In this document: one piece after another, positions 59,381-64,000 of the stretch | How the letters are laid out: every line of letters begins with the position of its first letter | Position numbering within the stretch: the stretch's first letter is position 1 | Source of the DNA: the human T2T-CHM13v2.0 reference genome, Homo sapiens | Reading direction: 5' to 3' (one strand) | Length of the DNA stretch: 64,000 nucleotides | NCBI RefSeq assembly: GCF_009914755.1 | Contig: NC_060933.1 | The notes under the pieces: generated by a model | What the model was told of the DNA's origin: nothing | Databases searched by the model: none | Seen by the model: the letters and a program-made list of their open reading frames with translations, nothing else | Position numbers and translations under genes: made by a program

Positions 59381-59645
59381 ATCTGGCCAGATTCAGGGGC
59401 TTACACCTGTAATCCCAGTATTTTGGGAGGCCAAGGTGGGCAGGTCTCTTGAGCCCCAAATTTTGAGACCAGGCTGGACAACATGGCACATTTGGTCAGA
59501 AGTGTTTGACCATAACTACTATTCAAGAAAAAGATCTACTCATTAGAACTATAAATCATAAAATTATAAATTCTACAAGAACAAATCAACCTTATCTACC
59601 ACCCAGTACTACCCAATTACAGAATGTTAGAACAGAAGGTCTCAC

Positions 59646-59797
59646 CATGGACTCAAGAGCTGATATGAGCAATGTCACCACCATCCTGTTCTCTGCGGAC
59701 TCATCTTCAACAGACTCATCTTCAACGGACTCCTCATCTTCCATGGACTCCTCATCTTCAATGGGCAGGGTGGAAACTGCAGCTTGTGCCATGATCC
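59646..59797 (-). pseudogene. GTF2I-like exon 2, copy B, with expanded acidic repeat
   Basis: cacag|GGATCATG...TCCATG|gtgaga; 49 codons [49 protein letters not shown]. Confidence 0.85.
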
Positions 59798-60408
59798 CTG
59801 TGCAAGAAAAGTAGTAAGAAATTGAATTGTAGAAATCCAGTATCCTAAACTCACATCCAGAGCTGTGAGAGTTTTTCACTGGCTGGCAAATTGTTTCTTT
59901 GCATCAGAGAAAAAAACAAAACTTGGTAACTTGGTATTCGATTTGCCCAAAACTCTCATCAGATAGAGAATTCATCCGCTAACTTTCTATCTAGTATTAT
60001 TTCCATGAAGTTAGATGAATATCACTCCCAAAATAAATCCACGTGGCAACCAGAATCAATGCATTTCTCCCAAGAGGAGGTGGCCAAGCGCCCACATCTG
60101 TAATCCCAGCATGTTGGGAGGCCGAGGTGGGTGGATCAGGAGGTCAAAAGATTGAGACCATCCTGGCCAACATGGTGAAACCCTGGTCTCTACCAAAAAT
60201 ACAAAAAAATAGCTGGATGTGGTGGTCTGTGCCTATAATCCCAGCTACTTAGGAGGCTGAGGCAGGAGAATCACTTGAACCAGGGAGTCAGAGGTTGCAG
60301 TGAGCCGAGATCGTGCCACTGCACTCTAGCCTGGTGACAGAGCAAGACTTCGTCTAAAAAAAAAAAAAGAAAAAAACAGTAAAATACAAAATGTCTTTTT
60401 CTCCTAAC

Positions 60409-60483
60409 CTTCTTAGCCTTCTGCTGGTACTTCAATTTCTGCTGGTACTGTTTGGTCATTGCCCTCTAAAGAATGATGGCTTC
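60409..60483 (-). pseudogene. GTF2I-like exon 11 fragment
   Basis: ttttag|GA AGC CAT CAT TCT: SHHSLEGNDQTVPAEIEVPAE versus recalled GSHHSSEGNEGTEMEVPAE. Confidence 0.75.
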
Positions 60484-60643
60484 CTAAAAAGAAAACAAAC
60501 AACATATAAACCAATAAAAACTCACATTGAAAGATAAAAAATAATCTAGATGACGATGCAAGCACTTTTAAGACATAATAGGCCAGGTGCAGTGGCTCAC
60601 ACCTGTAAACCCAGCAGTTTGGGAGGCTGAGGAGGGCGGATCA

Positions 60644-60936
<293 letters not shown>

Positions 60937-63100
60937 CTAATTCAGAAGAAATATATAACATGTCTATTTGGTAGCTTAAAAACATTCTTTTAAAATACAA
61001 ATACAGTAGACCCAAGTAGGCTTGGGGACTTAATATTAGTTACTCTAGCTACATGATAAAATTACTGGATATTGGAATCTGAAGCAGCACAATTATGCTA
61101 CAAGTACCATGCTCATCTGTCACTGACACACACACACAAGTGTGAATGCCTGCTTTGCTCAATTAACTCTGTAAATAAGTTCAGGATTTGCTGTGGAATG
61201 TTCCCTGCTTTCCATTTTCACTATGGTGAAAGTTATGGAAACTCGATCCCCATAATTTAAGCAAAGTTGTACTTAAAGTAACTCATATGTAAAAATTTAA
61301 GATACTACCTTTAGTGTCAAAAACATTTTAATCCAAGTAACGTAATCTGCCTGCTTCTAAAAACTGGCATATAAAGCAACAGATCTGTTAGGCAGTCACA
61401 AGGTAAACAGGCTCATCCTACTGGAGCAGAAGTTTTACTCACAAATATGAAAGAAATAATCTAAAATATCAGAGTGCCACTTAGGATTAAGACCACAAAC
61501 TGCCCCCAGTACACATCCTCTGTCCTTAAAGATCTGAGCTACTAACATGGAAAAGATTGAAAAACACTGTCTTCAAGTATAAATAAAAATATATTACATT
61601 TCGGTAAGAATACATTGTTTAGGGGGAAGGGAAGCAGATGCTCATCTATTTTGTCCTATCTATTGATAACTAAATTCAGAAGCTGTACTAAAAGTCAAAC
61701 AAAAGTTATAAATACATCTCAATTTTTAAAGAGCAATGATTACAGTCAGAAAAACTCATGTGGTGGCTAGTATTCTTGAATTAAAAGTGCCATACCAAAG
61801 TGAAATCTTTTTGGTTTTCAACATCTAGCTTTTTCATGTCACAATTATTTTGGGATTCTTTTCCACTTACTGCATATTGTGAAAACTCACCTGAACTCAA
61901 AACTCTAGGTAAATCTATAAACCTGTATCTCAGAATCCACCTTTAATTCATTTGTAAAATACGCTTTCTCTGCACACATTTCCTCTCTCTTCTTTTAACC
62001 GTAATATTTGGATTTAGGGAGCATCAAGTTCCTTGACTGTAAAGTCAACGAAAAAAGAGATATGAAGTCAAAAGAATGGGAGATAATGAACAAGAGGCCA
62101 GTAGTTAAAAAGTAAAATTTCAATAAAGAATAACAGTTAAGATGGTCGTTCATGTTATTACCCAAACACTAGGGGTTTCGTCCAGGTCCTCCTGCTCATC
62201 GGAGAAAAAGCCAGTCACTGAGGTGACAAGTACTGCCAAGGAAGAAAGCTTTAACCTGGTGCTGCGGCCCAGGAGCTGGGAGCTCAGTCTCAAATCCATG
62301 GGCTTGACTAATAGGGGCAGGAAAAAAATTTAACAATGTATAAGAGAACAGAAATTAGGGAGGGGCAGGAGGCATGTGGTGCTGTGATCTGGTATGTTTC
62401 AGTTATCTGATACTTCCTGAAGGTCTTTTTTTGAGGAGAGAACTCAGATACAACAGATCCAAGTTTCAAGCTTTAACAGCAGGGTCAATTTTGACGTTCA
62501 TCCAAAAAAAAACCATCCATTGGGACAACAGGGCCGGTGTCAATGTAAGCAATGATTCTGTAGTTCCTCTTTGTTCTTTCAAAATCTGAAATAAACAATT
62601 GAATTTATATTATATGCTAAATCTAAAGAAAATACATCTTGTTGTACTTGAGGCCAGAAGAGATAGAAGTAAGGCAGTCAAGTTTGGGAACATTATAAAA
62701 AATTCAAAAAAAGTAATAAATGCATAAAACTTACAGAGTAACAAGTGCTATTTCAGAATTCTTCTAAATACTAAGTATTGACATGACCTTATCAATATTT
62801 GCATTACTAACCATACAATAAGAACCTGACTTCTGACTGTTCTGAGATAAGGGATAAATGTGTACTTTACCTTAAATGGGAAAGTGCATCATGTACCCAC
62901 TTCGAGATTCACAACAGGGAAAACTGATTTGAAAAATTGTTGCTTGTGAAGTTCATTTATATGTTAAAAAAAGGCCAATACATTTTCCCTTTTCCACATA
63001 GAAAAGGAACACTATACTTATAAATACTAAAACACAGTCTGTGGAATACAAGGAACCAATAGAAACAGTATGTAGGAAAATGGAAGTGAAAAGATTATAC

Positions 63101-63160
63101 ATTGCAAAGACTTCAGTAGAAGGAGTTTTTCATCAACATCATCGGTTTCAGAAGGGCCTG
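63101..63160 (-). pseudogene. GTF2I-like 60-nt alternative exon 10
   Basis: caaag|CA GGC CCT...CAA T|gtataa; [20 protein letters not shown] versus recalled [20 protein letters not shown]. Confidence 0.8.
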
Positions 63161-64000
63161 CTTTGGGATACAAAGACAATACTTCAACAGTAACTCCCCC
63201 AAGCCAGACGCAGTGACTTATGCCTGTAATCCCAGTAATTTGGGAGGCCAAGGCAGGCAGTGAGGTCTGGAGTTCAAGACAAACCTGGCCCAACAGGGTG
63301 ATACACCGTCTCTACCAAAAAATACAAAAATTAACCAGGTGTAGTGGCATGCACCTATACAGTCCCAGCTATATGGGAGGCTGAGGCAAATGTACTCATT
63401 TTTTCATTCCTGCACCCAAGAAACTGCAACCAATCTACTCTGTTAAGAGCAGAGATAAAGGGTTTAGACTCCATATTACATGTGAAATAGAAGAAATGAA
63501 TCAGTTTAGTATGAACTTGTATGCACTTTTGGAGAGGAAAGTAGGTCAAGAAGCCATTAAGATACATGAAGGAAGGTCAAATCTTAAAGAAAACTAGAAA
63601 TTCAGATTTATTTACATAGCTCTAGAAGGAAGAACCAGGAATAGTGGAGAATGAATGTAGAAAACATTTTTAGTGAATGAAAGCATGAGATGATAACACA
63701 AGCAGCCACCAATGGAACAAACTGATGTGCAACAGCGGATTTGCCGTCACTGAAGCTATCCAGTTTCCAACTGTTGCAGGTATTACAGAGCTATCGAGAG
63801 TTTTAGTAGGCGGCTGGGGTTCCTTTCAGATCTGACATGGCATGATGCCAAAATGCTGTACATGCTCTCATCTTTTTCTGGCTCATTTTTTTTCTCTCTT
63901 CAGGTTTCTTAACCTTTTATCTACTTCCCTCTATTAATAATCACCTAAACCATACACTCAGTCTTCTGAAGTAAATTTCTTTATCTTTCACTTCACAAAT

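Noticed and set aside
62160-62590. Exon-like minus-strand stretches (KPMDLRLSSQLL...DETPSVW; FERTKRNYRIIAY...) with AG/GT-like edges
   Set aside because: I cannot match them to any protein I recognise; probably GTF2I-derived intron. A BLAST search is needed.

Overview
Primate (human-like) genomic DNA, AT- and Alu-rich, typical of a segmental-duplication mosaic. Bases ~1.9-50.7 kb hold a complete minus-strand ANKRD20A-family gene. I traced 15 GT-AG coding exons by hand (ATG 50430 to TAA 8372); they sum to 2472 nt, an uninterrupted 823-aa ankyrin-repeat/coiled-coil ORF. Which paralogue it is (ANKRD20A1/A2P/A3P/A4P or another copy) cannot be decided here. The last exon reads through an ancestral splice donor, and two intact in-frame ANKRD18/ANKRD26-like exons lie downstream. 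The introns carry fossil ANKRD26-like and CCDC144-like exons, a U6 pseudogene, an L1PA with TSD, LTR/DNA-transposon relics and many Alus. Upstream are a repeat-built CpG island, an inverted duplication (~53.2-54.0 kb) and unprocessed GTF2I-like exons in scrambled order (10, 11, 2, 2). Homologies and repeat-family names are recalled from memory, not searched; repeat boundaries are approximate. I see no evidence of a wholly new biological system; the interest is in gene-structure evolution.
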